Positions 1 to 13,261 of a stretch of 64,000 bases of DNA are shown one piece after another (the stretch's first letter is position 1; each line of letters begins with the position of its first letter). The position numbers and the translations under genes were made by a program. The DNA is from Betaproteobacteria bacterium. GTDB taxonomy: Bacteria; Pseudomonadota; Gammaproteobacteria; Burkholderiales; SG8-39. Below the pieces are notes generated by a model, which was given only the letters and a program-made list of their open reading frames with translations, had not been told where the DNA came from and ran no database searches. Location: contig CANIEV010000003.1 of the NCBI GenBank assembly GCA_947466535.1, forward strand, positions 38 through 64,037. The letters run 5' to 3'.

Positions 1-679
1 GCGTTTCAAGAAGAATCGCCTGCCCGCTCAATTGCGTCGCGGCTAGTCCCGCATCAGCCAGCCGGGACATGTATTGCTCGGGGGACTGTTTCCGGCTATT
101 TGACCTGAGGCACATCGGAGGATGCGCGTTCGACACGGTAAGTATCGTCTCCCACGAATCGGGGTAGGCGCGCTTCAATCTTTCGATCCACCACTTAGGG
201 TGGTTCCATCGCCCCGCATCACCTGACCGTGCATCTGCAATCAGGGCGAGGGGGTCCCGAAGGAATGCCCGCAGGATGGCATTTACGAGTCCCTTGGCGC
301 GCGAAAGGCCAAGCAGAGTGGCTGCTTCTACCGCCTGATGTACGACCGCGTGGACACCCCGTGGCTGGTCTTCGGATTGAGCAACAAGCTCCGCCAGCGC
401 GACGTAGATCAGCCCGCGAAGAAGAGGATCGGTTGCGGGACGATCCAGCAAAGTATCTGCGAGCGAGTCCACCATGCCATAGGCACGCAACGCGTTGAAC
501 GAAAGATCATGAGCAGCAGCGCGCAAGTTTGCGGGTTGCCCACGCGTCTGGATCAATGCCTCTGTCGAGCTGGCTCCCTCGAGCACGCGCGCGACCACGC
601 GGGAGGCGAGGGCCAGCGATTGTCCAAGCGAATGCGTGTGTGACGGCGTTATCGGGCTGCCGGATTCGCTATGAACCAA
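1..679 (-). CDS. rsmB: 16S rRNA m5C967 methyltransferase RsmB/Sun, 5' part (runs off the window edge; start codon uncertain, possible TTG at 679)
   Basis: Not in the ORF track. Manual minus-strand translation gives ...HAVVHQAVEAA...GLVNAILR...WNHPKWWIE...PPMCLR, the NusB-like N-terminus of RsmB, and it lies directly downstream of fmt as usual. Confidence 0.88.
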   Translation of the reverse strand, partial: MVHSESGSPITPSHTHSLGQSLALASRVVARVLEGASSTEALIQTRGQPANLRAAAHDLSFNALRAYGMVDSLADTLLDRPATDPLLRGLIYVALAELVAQSEDQPRGVHAVVHQAVEAATLLGLSRAKGLVNAILRAFLRDPLALIADARSGDAGRWNHPKWWIERLKRAYPDSWETILTVSNAHPPMCLRSNSRKQSPEQYMSRLADAGLAATQLSGQAILLET

Positions 680-1598
680 AGGTGTCGCCCTCGGCAATCT
701 GTATGCCTCTAAGGAATTCGACTACCGGCAACCGGCGTCCGCCGGCGCGCTGAAGCTCACTAATCCGCACCGAACCGGCTCCACATGCAATAACGATTCC
801 GTCAGAATCTGCCGCGATCACCGCTCCGGAAGCGCCGCCTGCACCCGGTACCCGCTCGGCGCGAAAAAGCTTTAGCGATTCACCCCTGAACGTCGTCGAT
901 GCGCCTGGAGCGGGATCGAACGCGCGGATCTGCCTCCAGATTTCATCAGAGGACTTCTCCCAGGAAATCTGTGCTTCAGCCTTTTCGAGCTTCTTTGCGT
1001 ACGTCACGCCATTGCTAGACTGCGGAATGGAGTTCTGTCCGACAAGTTCGGTCGCGTCCAGCGCGGCGACAATCATGCGGGCGCCCATGGAGGAAAGCCT
1101 GTCAAGCAGGCTGCCGGCGGTATCGGTATCGGCAATTGCCAGACGTTCCGCCTTCAACAACGGTCCCGTGTCCAGACCCGCATCCATTCGCATTATGCAA
1201 ATACCCGTTTCCCGGTCGCCCGCGAGAATCGCACGCTGTATCGGAGCCGCTCCGCGCCATCGAGGCAGCAAAGACGCATGAATGTTGATTGCTCCGAAAC
1301 GGGGAATGTCGAGCACCGCCTGAGGAAGGAGCAAACCATAGGCAGCAACCACAAGGACGTCTGCATCGAATTCGCGCAAGGTCTGTTGTACAGAGTCGTC
1401 CTTCAGCGTTGCAGGCTGTAACACAGGAAATCCCCGCGACAACGCGAACTTCTTTACCGCTGACGGCAAAAGTTTCATCCCCCGGCCTGCCGGTCGGTCC
1501 GGCTGCGTCAGAACAGCCTGAACCGTATGATGGCTGTCGGCCACTGCCACCAGCGCTTTCGCCGCGAATTCCGGGGTACCGGCAAAAATGACTCTCAT
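669..1598 (-). CDS. fmt: Methionyl-tRNA formyltransferase
   Basis: MRVIFAGTPEFA, TQPDRPAGRG and INIHASLLPRWRGAAPIQ motifs; downstream of def. Confidence 0.97.
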   Translation of the reverse strand: MRVIFAGTPEFAAKALVAVADSHHTVQAVLTQPDRPAGRGMKLLPSAVKKFALSRGFPVLQPATLKDDSVQQTLREFDADVLVVAAYGLLLPQAVLDIPRFGAINIHASLLPRWRGAAPIQRAILAGDRETGICIMRMDAGLDTGPLLKAERLAIADTDTAGSLLDRLSSMGARMIVAALDATELVGQNSIPQSSNGVTYAKKLEKAEAQISWEKSSDEIWRQIRAFDPAPGASTTFRGESLKLFRAERVPGAGGASGAVIAADSDGIVIACGAGSVRISELQRAGGRRLPVVEFLRGIQIAEGDTFGS

Positions 1599-1649
1599 GT
1601 TCGTCCCGGCTTCATCTACGATGGAGCGTAGCCGGCGCGCCCGCGGCGC

Positions 1650-2153
1650 TCAGGCAGGCCGACGTTGCTGCTTTTCCAGCTTGGCCTTGATTCGTTCGCG
1701 CTTCAGCCTCGAGAGGTAATTCACAAAGACCTTTCCCTCGAGATGATCCAACTCGTGTTGAATGCATACGGCGAGGAGCTCGCTTGCCTCCAGCTCGAAC
1801 CACGATCCGTTTTCTTTCCGTGCTTTCACGCGAACACGCTGCGAACGTTCGACAGGCTCGTATATTCCCGGGACAGATAGGCAACCCTCCTCGCACTGCT
1901 GACTGCCTTCACGATCGATGATTTCAGGATTGATCAGCACGAGAAGCTGATCACGTGTTTCCGAGATGTCTATGACCACCACGCGACGGTGTACGTCGAC
2001 CTGCGTTGCAGCCAAACCAATACCGGGAGCGGCGTACATGGTCTCCGCCATGTCCCGCACCAGATTTCTTACCTCATCGTTGATCCTCTCTACCTCCGCT
2101 GCCCGTTGGTATAACCTGGGGTCGGGGTATCGAAGAATAGAAAGCCTCGCCAT
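1650..2153 (-). CDS. def: Peptide deformylase (start trimmed to the ATG at 2153)
   Basis: [13 protein letters not shown] and QHELDHLEG motifs; N-terminus [14 protein letters not shown]. Confidence 0.96.
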   Translation of the reverse strand: MARLSILRYPDPRLYQRAAEVERINDEVRNLVRDMAETMYAAPGIGLAATQVDVHRRVVVIDISETRDQLLVLINPEIIDREGSQQCEEGCLSVPGIYEPVERSQRVRVKARKENGSWFELEASELLAVCIQHELDHLEGKVFVNYLSRLKRERIKAKLEKQQRRPA

Positions 2154-2262
2154 AAAAACTTGCGAATTGAATGGATTAGATGCAGAATCTAAAGTGGATT
2201 GTAAGAAGCCCGCCTTGATCCTGTTTTGGGGCCCGGGCGTGCATTTCCCAGCCGAGGTCGAT

Positions 2263-3366
2263 ATGCGCCAGTCTACCACGCCGCTCTTTGCCGCCTTTTT
2301 GTTCGCGGCACTCTCCCATGCGGCTCCATTCGCCATTGCGTCTGCGTACGCGCAGGCTCAAGGTTCCACCCAATCTCCGATTGCGCTTCAAGAAAACGCG
2401 CCAGACAGATATGTCGTGGAAAAAGGCGACACTTTATGGGGCATTGCCAGCCGATTCCTGAAGGAGCCCTGGCGCTGGCAAGAGCTGTGGCGCCTCAACA
2501 AAGAGCAGATCAAGAATCCCCACCAGATCTATCCCGGAAACGTGATTGTTCTGGATCGTTCCAAATCTCCGGGGCAGGCATCTCTGCTTCCAACGGTGAA
2601 GCTTTCACCGACTGTTCGAAATGAGCCTGTACAGTCCGAGGCCATCGAAAGCATACCGGCGAACAAAATCGAGCCATTTCTTACTCAGCCGATCGTTATC
2701 GAAGCCGACGGACTGGAGAAAGCACCCCGGATTGTCGCAACGGAAGAAAACCGGTTTCATCTTGGCATAGGCGGGATAGCCTATGTCAGCGGTCTCGGGG
2801 ACTCCAAGGCGACAGTTTGGGAGATATTCCGGCCAGGCCGCCCTCTGGTAGATCCCGACAGTCAGAAAACGCTCGGGGTTGAAGCCATTTTTCTCGGTAC
2901 TGCGCGGTTGGTCAAAAGCGGAGACCCCGCAACACTTCAAATCGTCAGTTCAAAGCAGGAAATCACCAAGGGAGACCGATTGATCGCTTCTGCAGGGCCG
3001 GTGATCAACCGCTACGCACCGCATCCGCCGGCAACGTTCGTTAGGGCGCGAATAATTTCGCTGTACGACCGCCTTGTCACAAGCGAAGGGGGCAAGGATT
3101 CGATCATTGCCCTGAACAAGGGGCGACGCGACGGGCTGGAGATGGGGCACGTGCTCGCGATCTACCGGGCCGGAGCCGTCGTATCCGAAAACTCCGATCC
3201 CAAGTACAACCTGCTTCCATCGCGTGAGCGCTCGCCAGAGGTAACACTTCCGGACGAGCGATACGGTGTCGTCTTTGTATTTCGCGTGTTCGACTCGGTG
3301 TCCTACGGACTGGTCATGGAGAGTTCAAGACCGGTGACGCCGGGAGATATAGTGCAGACCCCCTGA
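2263..3366 (+). CDS. LysM peptidoglycan-binding protein with signal peptide (TsaP-like)
   Basis: Signal-like N-terminus, LysM motif [13 protein letters not shown]...[10 protein letters not shown], and the conserved def<->lysM-dprA arrangement. Confidence 0.85.
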   Translation: MRQSTTPLFAAFLFAALSHAAPFAIASAYAQAQGSTQSPIALQENAPDRYVVEKGDTLWGIASRFLKEPWRWQELWRLNKEQIKNPHQIYPGNVIVLDRSKSPGQASLLPTVKLSPTVRNEPVQSEAIESIPANKIEPFLTQPIVIEADGLEKAPRIVATEENRFHLGIGGIAYVSGLGDSKATVWEIFRPGRPLVDPDSQKTLGVEAIFLGTARLVKSGDPATLQIVSSKQEITKGDRLIASAGPVINRYAPHPPATFVRARIISLYDRLVTSEGGKDSIIALNKGRRDGLEMGHVLAIYRAGAVVSENSDPKYNLLPSRERSPEVTLPDERYGVVFVFRVFDSVSYGLVMESSRPVTPGDIVQTP

Positions 3367-3378
3367 TCGGACGCATCC

Positions 3379-4467
3379 TTGATCGACAAGGGGACGGAGC
3401 ACTGGATTGATCTCTCGCTCGTCGACGGGCTTGGCCCCGCCGGTTACCGCTCCCTGCTTTCCGCATTCGGCCTCCCTGAGGAGGTGCTGACCGCAAGCAG
3501 AAACCAGTTGGATCGGGTTGTCGGGCTTTCAATAGCGGAATCCATAAAGCGCAACGACCGTCAGGCTGCGGTCGAGTCGACGTTAGCTTGGCTCGAGAGC
3601 TCCAATCATCATCTGCTTACCCTTGCCGATTCAGCCTACCCGCAGGCGCTGCTTGAGATTTCCGACCCACCTCCGGTGATCTATGTGCGCGGCAGTCCGG
3701 AATGGTTATCCCGCCCTGCGCTGGCGATTGTCGGCAGCCGCAATTCCACCGGGCAGGGCCGAGAGAACGCCGAACAATTCGCAAGAATCCTGTCACAAGC
3801 AGAACTGACTATCGTCAGCGGTCTCGCACTGGGTATCGACACCGCAGCACATCGAGGAGGGCTCGAAGGAAGCGGATCCACGATCGCGATAGTCGGCACC
3901 GGCGCAGATCGGGTCTATCCCCGAGCAAACGAACGACTGGCCGACGAAATTGCCTCGCGCGGTGCGTTGATCTCCGAATTTCCGCTGGGCACCCCGCCTG
4001 TCGCCGGCAATTTTCCGCGTCGCAATCGACTTATCAGCGGAATTTCAAGGGGTGTGCTGGTCGTGGAAGCTGCCGTTTCGTCCGGTTCGCTTATCACCGC
4101 AAGGCTAGCCGCGGATCAAGGACGTGAAGTCCTCGCCATTCCGGGATCCATTCATTCACCGCTCTCCCGCGGCTGTCATGCACTGATCAAGCAGGGTGCG
4201 AAACTGGTGGAAAGCGCCCAGGATGTACTGGACGAAATACGCGTCGACCTGCGGATTCCTCAGGCAGACGCAGGGGTACCGACCCCCAATCTATCGGGGT
4301 CGAATGATGCTGTACTACAATATATTGGCTATGACCCTTGCAGCATAGACACTATTTCCGACCGCAGCCGCTTGACGCCCGCTGCGGTATCGGCGATCCT
4401 GCTGAGACTGGAGCTTGAAGGTGCAGTAGCAAGCCTTCCCGGAGGTTTGTACCAACGCATCCGCTAG
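3379..4467 (+). CDS. dprA: DNA processing protein DprA/Smf
   Basis: AIVGSR, IVSGLALGIDTAAH, FPRRNRLISG and SGSLITA motifs. Confidence 0.96.
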   Translation: MIDKGTEHWIDLSLVDGLGPAGYRSLLSAFGLPEEVLTASRNQLDRVVGLSIAESIKRNDRQAAVESTLAWLESSNHHLLTLADSAYPQALLEISDPPPVIYVRGSPEWLSRPALAIVGSRNSTGQGRENAEQFARILSQAELTIVSGLALGIDTAAHRGGLEGSGSTIAIVGTGADRVYPRANERLADEIASRGALISEFPLGTPPVAGNFPRRNRLISGISRGVLVVEAAVSSGSLITARLAADQGREVLAIPGSIHSPLSRGCHALIKQGAKLVESAQDVLDEIRVDLRIPQADAGVPTPNLSGSNDAVLQYIGYDPCSIDTISDRSRLTPAAVSAILLRLELEGAVASLPGGLYQRIR

Positions 4468-4483
4468 GGGATCCGATACTCGC

Positions 4484-4951
4484 ATGACGTCAATGTTCGA
4501 AGTCCTCGTATATCTGTTCGAAAATTACTACCAATCAGATGCGTATCCTGATCATGAAGTTTTATCGCGGAAGCTTCACGCCGCAGGTTTCGAGAACGAT
4601 GATATTTCCGAGGCACTGGTTTGGCTGAAGGGCCTCGCCCGCACTGATGATCAGGAACTTCCGGATTCGGTGGACCTGGGTAAATCCTTCCGGGGATATA
4701 CCACAGACGAGATATCCAAGATCACCACGGAAAGCCGCGGATTCCTTGTGTTCCTCGAAAGCGCCGGAATTCTTTCCGCTCTCTTGAGGGAAGTCATACT
4801 GGAGCGCGCAATGGCGCTTCCCGACGACGTTGTCGGCCTCGACAAGCTGAAAGTCATCGTTTTGATGGTGCTCTGGACCCGTCGGGGTAATGTCGACGCA
4901 CTAATCCTTGACGAGTTGCTTCCGGACGGTGAAAAAAGGCAGATGCATTAG
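4484..4951 (+). CDS. smg: Smg / DUF494 protein
   Basis: MFEVLVYLFENY N-terminus, LKVIVLMVLW near the C-terminus, and position between dprA and the topoisomerase. Confidence 0.9.
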   Translation: MTSMFEVLVYLFENYYQSDAYPDHEVLSRKLHAAGFENDDISEALVWLKGLARTDDQELPDSVDLGKSFRGYTTDEISKITTESRGFLVFLESAGILSALLREVILERAMALPDDVVGLDKLKVIVLMVLWTRRGNVDALILDELLPDGEKRQMH

Positions 4952-5235
4952 ACTGCACCTGTTTTACAAGGGAATTCCCGTACTACGATATCGGTCACCC
5001 CCGCTACCCGAATGCTGATCGGGCCGGGGTGCAAGACCTGATTCTTGCCTCCCGGCGCGGCTTGCACTTATCATGCGCGCTCTTTTCCGTGCCGGTTCTC
5101 GAGCACGGTTTGCATATTTCCGAGAACTCGACAGCATGGAATCAAATCTGATCAAGATTGCAGCATCACTTGCTGCCAATGCGACTGACCGTTACGTTTT
5201 CCTTGCGGTTGCTGTACTGAGTGGGACCGACTTAA

Positions 5236-7857
5236 ATGGGTAAGCAATTAATCATCGCCGAGAAACCCTCCGTCGCAAACGACATTTCCCGCGCGATCGG
5301 CGGCTTTACCAGACACGGCGATTATTACGAGAGCGACGAGTACGTTCTCTCCTCAGCAATCGGGCATCTCCTGGAAATCGCAGCTCCGGAAGAATTTGAG
5401 GTAAAGCGTGGTAAATGGTCATTCGCGAACCTGCCGGTCCTCCCTCCTCATTTTGACCTTCGGCCGATCGAAAAAAATGAGGAGCGACTGAAACTCCTGG
5501 TCAAGCTGATCAAGAGGAAAGACGTAGACGGCCTGATAAATGCTTGTGATGCGGGACGAGAAGGTGAACTGATCTTCCGCTACATCGTGCAGCACGCAAA
5601 AGCCACCAAACCGATTGAACGCCTGTGGCTTCAATCGATGACGCAGGGCGCAATCCAGGAGGGTTTCGAAAAACTGCGGTCCGATCAGGACTTGCTTGCA
5701 CTGGCCGATGCGGCGAAATGCCGCTCGGAAGCGGACTGGCTGGTCGGGATCAATGGCACCCGTGCCATGACAGCTTTCAATTCGAAGGAAGGCGGGTTTT
5801 ACCTGACGACCGTCGGACGCGTTCAAACGCCGACTCTCGCAATACTTGTCGAACGTGAACAACGCATCCGTGCGTTTCGCTCGCGCGACTTCTGGGAAGT
5901 TCACGCCCGGTTTGGTGCCAAAGCGGGCGAATATCCGGGCAGATGGTTCGATCCGGAGTTCAAGAAGTCTGAGGATGATGCCGAACGTCGCGCCGAACGC
6001 CTCTGGGATGAAGCCAAGGCCCTTTCGATCGTATCGGAATGCGAGGGGAAGACAGGCAGTGTTTCTGAGGAATCCAAACCGTCCACGCAACTTTCGCCGC
6101 TGCTCTTTGACCTGACGAGCCTGCAAAGGGAAGCAAACAGCCGGTTTGGGTTCTCCGCGCGCAATACCCTTGGCCTCGCGCAAGCGCTGTATGAAAAGCA
6201 TAAGGTCCTTACTTATCCTCGGACAGACTCGCGCGCCTTGCCTGAGGACTACTTGAGCACCATCAAAAAGACCTTGTCAGACGCGCTTGGAGGCGACGCA
6301 AAGCGATCGAAAGCCAAAGGAGCAACGGCTCAAGGTGAATATTCGGGATTCGCCTCAAAGATTCTCGCCGAAGGCTGGGTTAAACCGAACAAGCGGATTT
6401 TTGACAACTCAAAGATATCCGATCACTTCGCGATTATTCCGACACTGCAGGCGCCAAAGCATCTCAGCGAACCCGAATCAAAAATATACGATCTTGTCGT
6501 GCGCAGGTTTTTAGCCGTTTTTTATCCTGCAGCCGAGTACCTCCAGACCACACGCATCACACGTATTGAAAGCCACTCCTTCAAGACGGAAGGACGCGTT
6601 CTTGTCAGGCCAGGATGGCTGGAAGTCTATGGCAAGGCCGCTGCCGTGGAGGGCGAGCATCTCGTTGCCGCGGATCCTCAGGAGGCTGTCACCGCGCTGG
6701 AAACCAGAGCGGAAGCGCTACAAACGAAACCTCCCGCGCGATATTCGGAAGCGACTCTTTTGTCCGCGATGGAGGGTGCGGGCAAGTTGATCGAGGACGA
6801 TGAGTTGCGTGAAGCAATGCAGCAGAAGGGCTTGGGTACAGCAGCAACGCGTGCGGCTGTAATCGAAGGCCTTATCCGGGAAGATTACGTCCACCGGAAT
6901 ATGCGTGAATTGGTGCCGACGCCCAAAGCATTCTCCCTGCTATTTGCGCTTAAGCACTTTGGAATCGACGAACTTGTATCTCCGGAACTTACGGGAGACT
7001 GGGAATACAAGTTGAAGCAGATGGAACAAGGCAAGCTCGCCCGCGATGAATTCATGGGTCATATAACGGGAATCACCCGGGAATTCGTCGATAGAATAAA
7101 AAACGGGGACATTCCCGATACGGCTTTTTCCACCGTCGAAGCGCCCTGTCCGAAGTGCGGTGGCACCGTACAGGAAAACTACAGAAAGTTTCAGTGTCAA
7201 AAGTGCGACTTTTCTCTTTGGAAAGTCGTATCCGGGCGGGAATGGGCGCCGGAAGAAGTAGCAGAACTGATTCGAGACGGAAAAGTCGGGCCGATTACCG
7301 GCTTCAGAAGCCGTTTGGGTCGTCCGTTCGTGGCGACGATTCGGCTAAACGCCGAGAGCCGACTGGAGTTCGACTTCGGGCAGGAACGGCTCGATGCATC
7401 GGGCGAACCCGAGAAGATCGACCTCACGGGCAAGGAACCTCTTGGGGCATGCCCAAAGTGCAAGTCCAATGTCTACGAACTGGATATGGCTTATGCATGT
7501 GAGAAATCTCTCGGTCCGGCGAAAACCTGTGATTTCCGGTCTGGAAAGATCATTCTGCAAAGACCGATAGAACGGGAACAAATGGTGAAGCTCCTCACCA
7601 CTGGACGAACCGACTTGTTGCCCAAGTTCATTTCGAAAAAGGGCCGCCCTTTTTCCGCGTTTCTTGTCAAAGGTGCGGATGGGAAGGTGGGTTTTGAGTT
7701 TGCACCCAGGGCTGCAAAAAAAGTTGTGGTGGGAAAATCCGAGAAGCCCGAGACAGATATGGTTTCAAAGTCAGAAGCCAAGAAACCTGTCGTGAAGAAA
7801 TCAGCCAAAGTCGCCAAGAAAAAGGCTGCAAAGAAAAAGTCCGCGAAAGCAGGCTGA
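5236..7857 (+). CDS. topB: Type IA DNA topoisomerase (betaproteobacterial topoisomerase III type) with C-terminal Zn-ribbon repeats and a Lys-rich tail
   Basis: IAEKPSVA, NACDAGREGELIF, GRVQTPTL and catalytic TYPRTDS motifs. Confidence 0.92.
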   Translation: MGKQLIIAEKPSVANDISRAIGGFTRHGDYYESDEYVLSSAIGHLLEIAAPEEFEVKRGKWSFANLPVLPPHFDLRPIEKNEERLKLLVKLIKRKDVDGLINACDAGREGELIFRYIVQHAKATKPIERLWLQSMTQGAIQEGFEKLRSDQDLLALADAAKCRSEADWLVGINGTRAMTAFNSKEGGFYLTTVGRVQTPTLAILVEREQRIRAFRSRDFWEVHARFGAKAGEYPGRWFDPEFKKSEDDAERRAERLWDEAKALSIVSECEGKTGSVSEESKPSTQLSPLLFDLTSLQREANSRFGFSARNTLGLAQALYEKHKVLTYPRTDSRALPEDYLSTIKKTLSDALGGDAKRSKAKGATAQGEYSGFASKILAEGWVKPNKRIFDNSKISDHFAIIPTLQAPKHLSEPESKIYDLVVRRFLAVFYPAAEYLQTTRITRIESHSFKTEGRVLVRPGWLEVYGKAAAVEGEHLVAADPQEAVTALETRAEALQTKPPARYSEATLLSAMEGAGKLIEDDELREAMQQKGLGTAATRAAVIEGLIREDYVHRNMRELVPTPKAFSLLFALKHFGIDELVSPELTGDWEYKLKQMEQGKLARDEFMGHITGITREFVDRIKNGDIPDTAFSTVEAPCPKCGGTVQENYRKFQCQKCDFSLWKVVSGREWAPEEVAELIRDGKVGPITGFRSRLGRPFVATIRLNAESRLEFDFGQERLDASGEPEKIDLTGKEPLGACPKCKSNVYELDMAYACEKSLGPAKTCDFRSGKIILQRPIEREQMVKLLTTGRTDLLPKFISKKGRPFSAFLVKGADGKVGFEFAPRAAKKVVVGKSEKPETDMVSKSEAKKPVVKKSAKVAKKKAAKKKSAKAG

Positions 7858-7905
7858 TTTCACCGTTCAATATTGTTCTGATGCGTCTTCTCGCGCACTA
7901 AATTT

Positions 7906-7936
7906 TTACCCGGGTCTGCGTATCAGACCCGGGTAA
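7906..7936. terminator. 13-bp-stem hairpin between the convergent topB and gyrB genes
   Basis: TTACCCGGGTCTG-cgtat-CAGACCCGGGTAA perfect inverted repeat; no clear U-tract on either strand. Confidence 0.5.
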
Positions 7937-8002
7937 GCATATTCTTCGTTTAATTGTGATTCCTCTCGGGTTGCCTGCCGAGACACGGATCAAATTTAGG
8001 AC

Positions 8003-10441
<2,439 letters not shown>

Positions 10442-10495
10442 CTAGCGTTGCCTTAAACGAAACTTTGATTTCTTTTTTTTTCGTGAAGGTGAAGC

Positions 10496-11608
10496 TTAGA
10501 TGCGCATAGGCATTACGACGTACTTGAAATCGTCCTTGTCCGGGACGGTAATCAATGCACTGGAGTTGGCATCTCCCAAACCACAATCAATTTCTTCTGT
10601 CTCTAGGTTGTTGAGCACATCAAGAAGATATCCAACGTTAAACCCGATATCGAGAGACTCGCCCTGATAGGGAACATCAAGTTCTTCCTGAGCCTCTTCT
10701 TGTTCCGTATTGGTGCACAGGATCTTCAGGCTTCCATCCGAGAGAACCCAACGCACCCCGCGGAATTTGTCACTGGTTAGGATTGCGGCACGCTGCAGAG
10801 CGGCTAGTAACTCCGTGCGCTTCATTCTCAGCTTCTTTGGCTGATTCTGGGGTATCACCCTGCCGTAATCGGGAAATTTTCCATCGACCAACTTAGATAT
10901 GAGAGTGATTTCTCCAAATACGAACTTCGCCTGGTTAGCCGAAAGTTCAACCTTTACCTCTGCATCGGAATCTTCCAGTAGCTTAGACAATTCAATAATC
11001 GTTTTTCGAGGCAGGATTACTTCCTGCCTCGACAAGCCCTTTACATCGAGTTCCTTGGTGGCATATGCAAGGCGGTGCCCGTCCGTTGCAACCAGTCTGA
11101 GCAGACCATCCTCTACAACCATAAGCAGACCGTTCAGGTAGTAACGAATGTCCTGCTGGGCCATCGCGTACTGGACTAGGTCTACTTGAGCGCGCAGTAA
11201 CTTCTGAGGAACGCTGAACTTAACGGGGGCCCCTTCAGGAGGTGCTAGACGGGGGAAATCCTCTGCGGGAAGTGTTTGCAGGGAAAACCGGCTCTTACCA
11301 GATCGGACCTGCAAGCGCTTTTCCGAATGTACAAAGGAAACTTCGCTGTTCTCAGGCAATGCTCGAAGAATATCCAGAAGTTTTCTGGCTCCAACAGTAA
11401 CCAGTTTTGGTTCATCGTCGCTGGATGTCGTGTCGGTTGCGGCGGATATCTCGATTTCTATATCGGTCGCAATGAATTCGATTCGATTGCTCGTTCGCGA
11501 TATCAAGACGTTCGACAGAATTGGCAGCGTATGCCGCCGTTCGATAATGCCTGAGACCGCTTGCAACGGCTTCAGAATTGCTTCTCTGGTTATCTTTATG
11601 AATGTCAT
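10496..11608 (-). CDS. dnaN: DNA polymerase III beta clamp
   Basis: HTLPILSN, VATDGHRLA, GKFPDY and C-terminal YVVMPMRI motifs. Confidence 0.98.
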   Translation of the reverse strand: MTFIKITREAILKPLQAVSGIIERRHTLPILSNVLISRTSNRIEFIATDIEIEISAATDTTSSDDEPKLVTVGARKLLDILRALPENSEVSFVHSEKRLQVRSGKSRFSLQTLPAEDFPRLAPPEGAPVKFSVPQKLLRAQVDLVQYAMAQQDIRYYLNGLLMVVEDGLLRLVATDGHRLAYATKELDVKGLSRQEVILPRKTIIELSKLLEDSDAEVKVELSANQAKFVFGEITLISKLVDGKFPDYGRVIPQNQPKKLRMKRTELLAALQRAAILTSDKFRGVRWVLSDGSLKILCTNTEQEEAQEELDVPYQGESLDIGFNVGYLLDVLNNLETEEIDCGLGDANSSALITVPDKDDFKYVVMPMRI

Positions 11609-11814
11609 TTCTTATCCTTGATGATAATGATGATGTTCGTTATTTCTGTGGATAAGCAGGGTAGATCGAGCAAAGACGCGGTTTGGAGTTGTTGACAAGA
11701 TGTGCACAGTTTGTGGGAGTGAATGGGATAGTTTTTAGCAACTATTTCGGAAGTAGTGCCGATTCATACTTGCTAACAATTTGTTCACTTTCTATACAGA
11801 GTCTTTCGAGCATC
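11609..11814. other. Probable oriC (dnaA-dnaN intergenic region) with DnaA boxes and a trinucleotide array
   Basis: Perfect DnaA box TGTGGATAA at 11647-11655, degenerate boxes at 11690-11698, 11701-11709 and about 11770-11798, and GAT GAT AAT GAT GAT at 11620-11634. Confidence 0.7.
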
Positions 11815-13170
11815 TCAACCTTTCAGTACCTGTTCCAGAAAGTGATAGTCCCGATTGATGTCATGATTCTTTTCACGTAAGGAAGCAATGGTTCTGCAAG
11901 CGTGAAGAACTGTCGTGTGGTCGCGGTTTCCGAAAGCGTCACCGATATCGGGCAAACTCATCTGTGTAAGGTCTTTTGCGAGCGCCATCGCAACCTGGCG
12001 TGGTCGTGCGATGTTCCTGCTACGCTTTTTTGAATGCATATCGGTTATTTTGATCTTGTAATAATCGGCAACGGTCTTCTGGATGTTGTCGACTGTGATT
12101 TGCCGGTTCTGCGAAGAGAGCAAATCTTTCAGCGCATCCTTGGCGGAGTCTAGGGTTATTGGTTTTGAGCTGAAACGGGCGTACGCTGCGACGCTTTTGA
12201 GCGCGCCCTCGAGTTCCCGTACGTTTGATCGGATGTGCTTTGCGATGAAGAAAGCTACCTCTTCAGGCAGCGTTATTCCCATCGCATCAGCTTTCTTCAA
12301 GATGATAGCGACCCTCATTTCCTGCTCCGGGGGTTCTATCGCTACTGTCAATCCCCAGGAAAAGCGCGATTTCAAGCGTTCATCTATGCCAGCGAGATCT
12401 TTGGGATAGGTGTCACACGTGATGATTACCTGCTTGTGTGCTTCGATCAGAGCATTGAAAGCGTAGAAGAATTCTTCCTGAGTACGGTCTTTTCCGGTAA
12501 AGAACTGAATATCATCGATTAGAAGCAGGTCCAGCGAGTGGTAATACCGCTTGAATTCATCGAATGATCTTTGCTGATACGCCTTTACAACGTCAGAGAT
12601 GTACTGTGCGGCGTGAAGGTATCTGACCCTGGCTCTTGGCTGCTGTGCTATTACCTGATTTCCCACTGCGTGAAGCAGATGGGTTTTTCCCAAGCCGACG
12701 CCACCATAGATAAAAAGGGGGTTGTAAGAGGTTCCCGGGTGATCCGCAACCTGTATTGCGGCCGCGCGGGCAAGTTGATTTGCTTTTCCCGCAATGAAAT
12801 CATCAAAACTGAAACTGCTGATTAGGTTCGATGTAGAGCGCTCTTGCGTGAGCGGCTTTCTGTGGATTTCAGCGACAGCCGTATCGATTTCGGGGACTAA
12901 TACCGTGGTGTCTGTACTTTTGTTGCGGGCTTCTAGATTGACGACGACTCGGATGGAAACCCCTAATTTCTCAGCACCGAGTGCTTCTATTCTGGGTACA
13001 AAACGCTCCTTAACCCATTGCAGGACGAACCGGTTTGGAGCGTTCAGCCGAAGTTCGCCTTCAGTGACCTTGTTTAGATCAAGCTTGAGTGGACGAATCC
13101 AAGTGTTAAACTGTTGAGAATTAAGCTCTTTTTCAAAAAGACCCAAACAGTCATGCCAGAATGATTCCAT
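11815..13170 (-). CDS. dnaA: Chromosomal replication initiator DnaA
   Basis: [35 protein letters not shown] and RDHTTVLHA motifs. Confidence 0.98.
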   Translation of the reverse strand: MESFWHDCLGLFEKELNSQQFNTWIRPLKLDLNKVTEGELRLNAPNRFVLQWVKERFVPRIEALGAEKLGVSIRVVVNLEARNKSTDTTVLVPEIDTAVAEIHRKPLTQERSTSNLISSFSFDDFIAGKANQLARAAAIQVADHPGTSYNPLFIYGGVGLGKTHLLHAVGNQVIAQQPRARVRYLHAAQYISDVVKAYQQRSFDEFKRYYHSLDLLLIDDIQFFTGKDRTQEEFFYAFNALIEAHKQVIITCDTYPKDLAGIDERLKSRFSWGLTVAIEPPEQEMRVAIILKKADAMGITLPEEVAFFIAKHIRSNVRELEGALKSVAAYARFSSKPITLDSAKDALKDLLSSQNRQITVDNIQKTVADYYKIKITDMHSKKRSRNIARPRQVAMALAKDLTQMSLPDIGDAFGNRDHTTVLHACRTIASLREKNHDINRDYHFLEQVLKG

Positions 13171-13210
13171 GTGGGGTGCAGCACGTTTCTATGGGCTTAT
13201 TAAGGGATGA

Positions 13211-13241
13211 ATTCTACCCGTTTGGAAGTGACTTATCCACA
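13211..13241 (-). promoter_or_regulatory. dnaA promoter with a DnaA box overlapping the -35 element (autoregulation)
   Basis: Minus strand reads TGGATA (13239-13234), 17 bp, TAGAAT (13216-13211); perfect TTATCCACA at 13233-13241. Confidence 0.65.
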
Positions 13242-13261
13242 GGTGAGGTACAGGCAAGCTA

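Noticed and set aside
229-753. Short plus-strand ORFs in the ORF track
   Set aside because: They are shadows of rsmB and fmt on the minus strand.
4952-5235. 284-bp smg-topB spacer as a possible ncRNA or small gene
   Set aside because: No recognisable RNA motif, strong hairpin or credible ORF.
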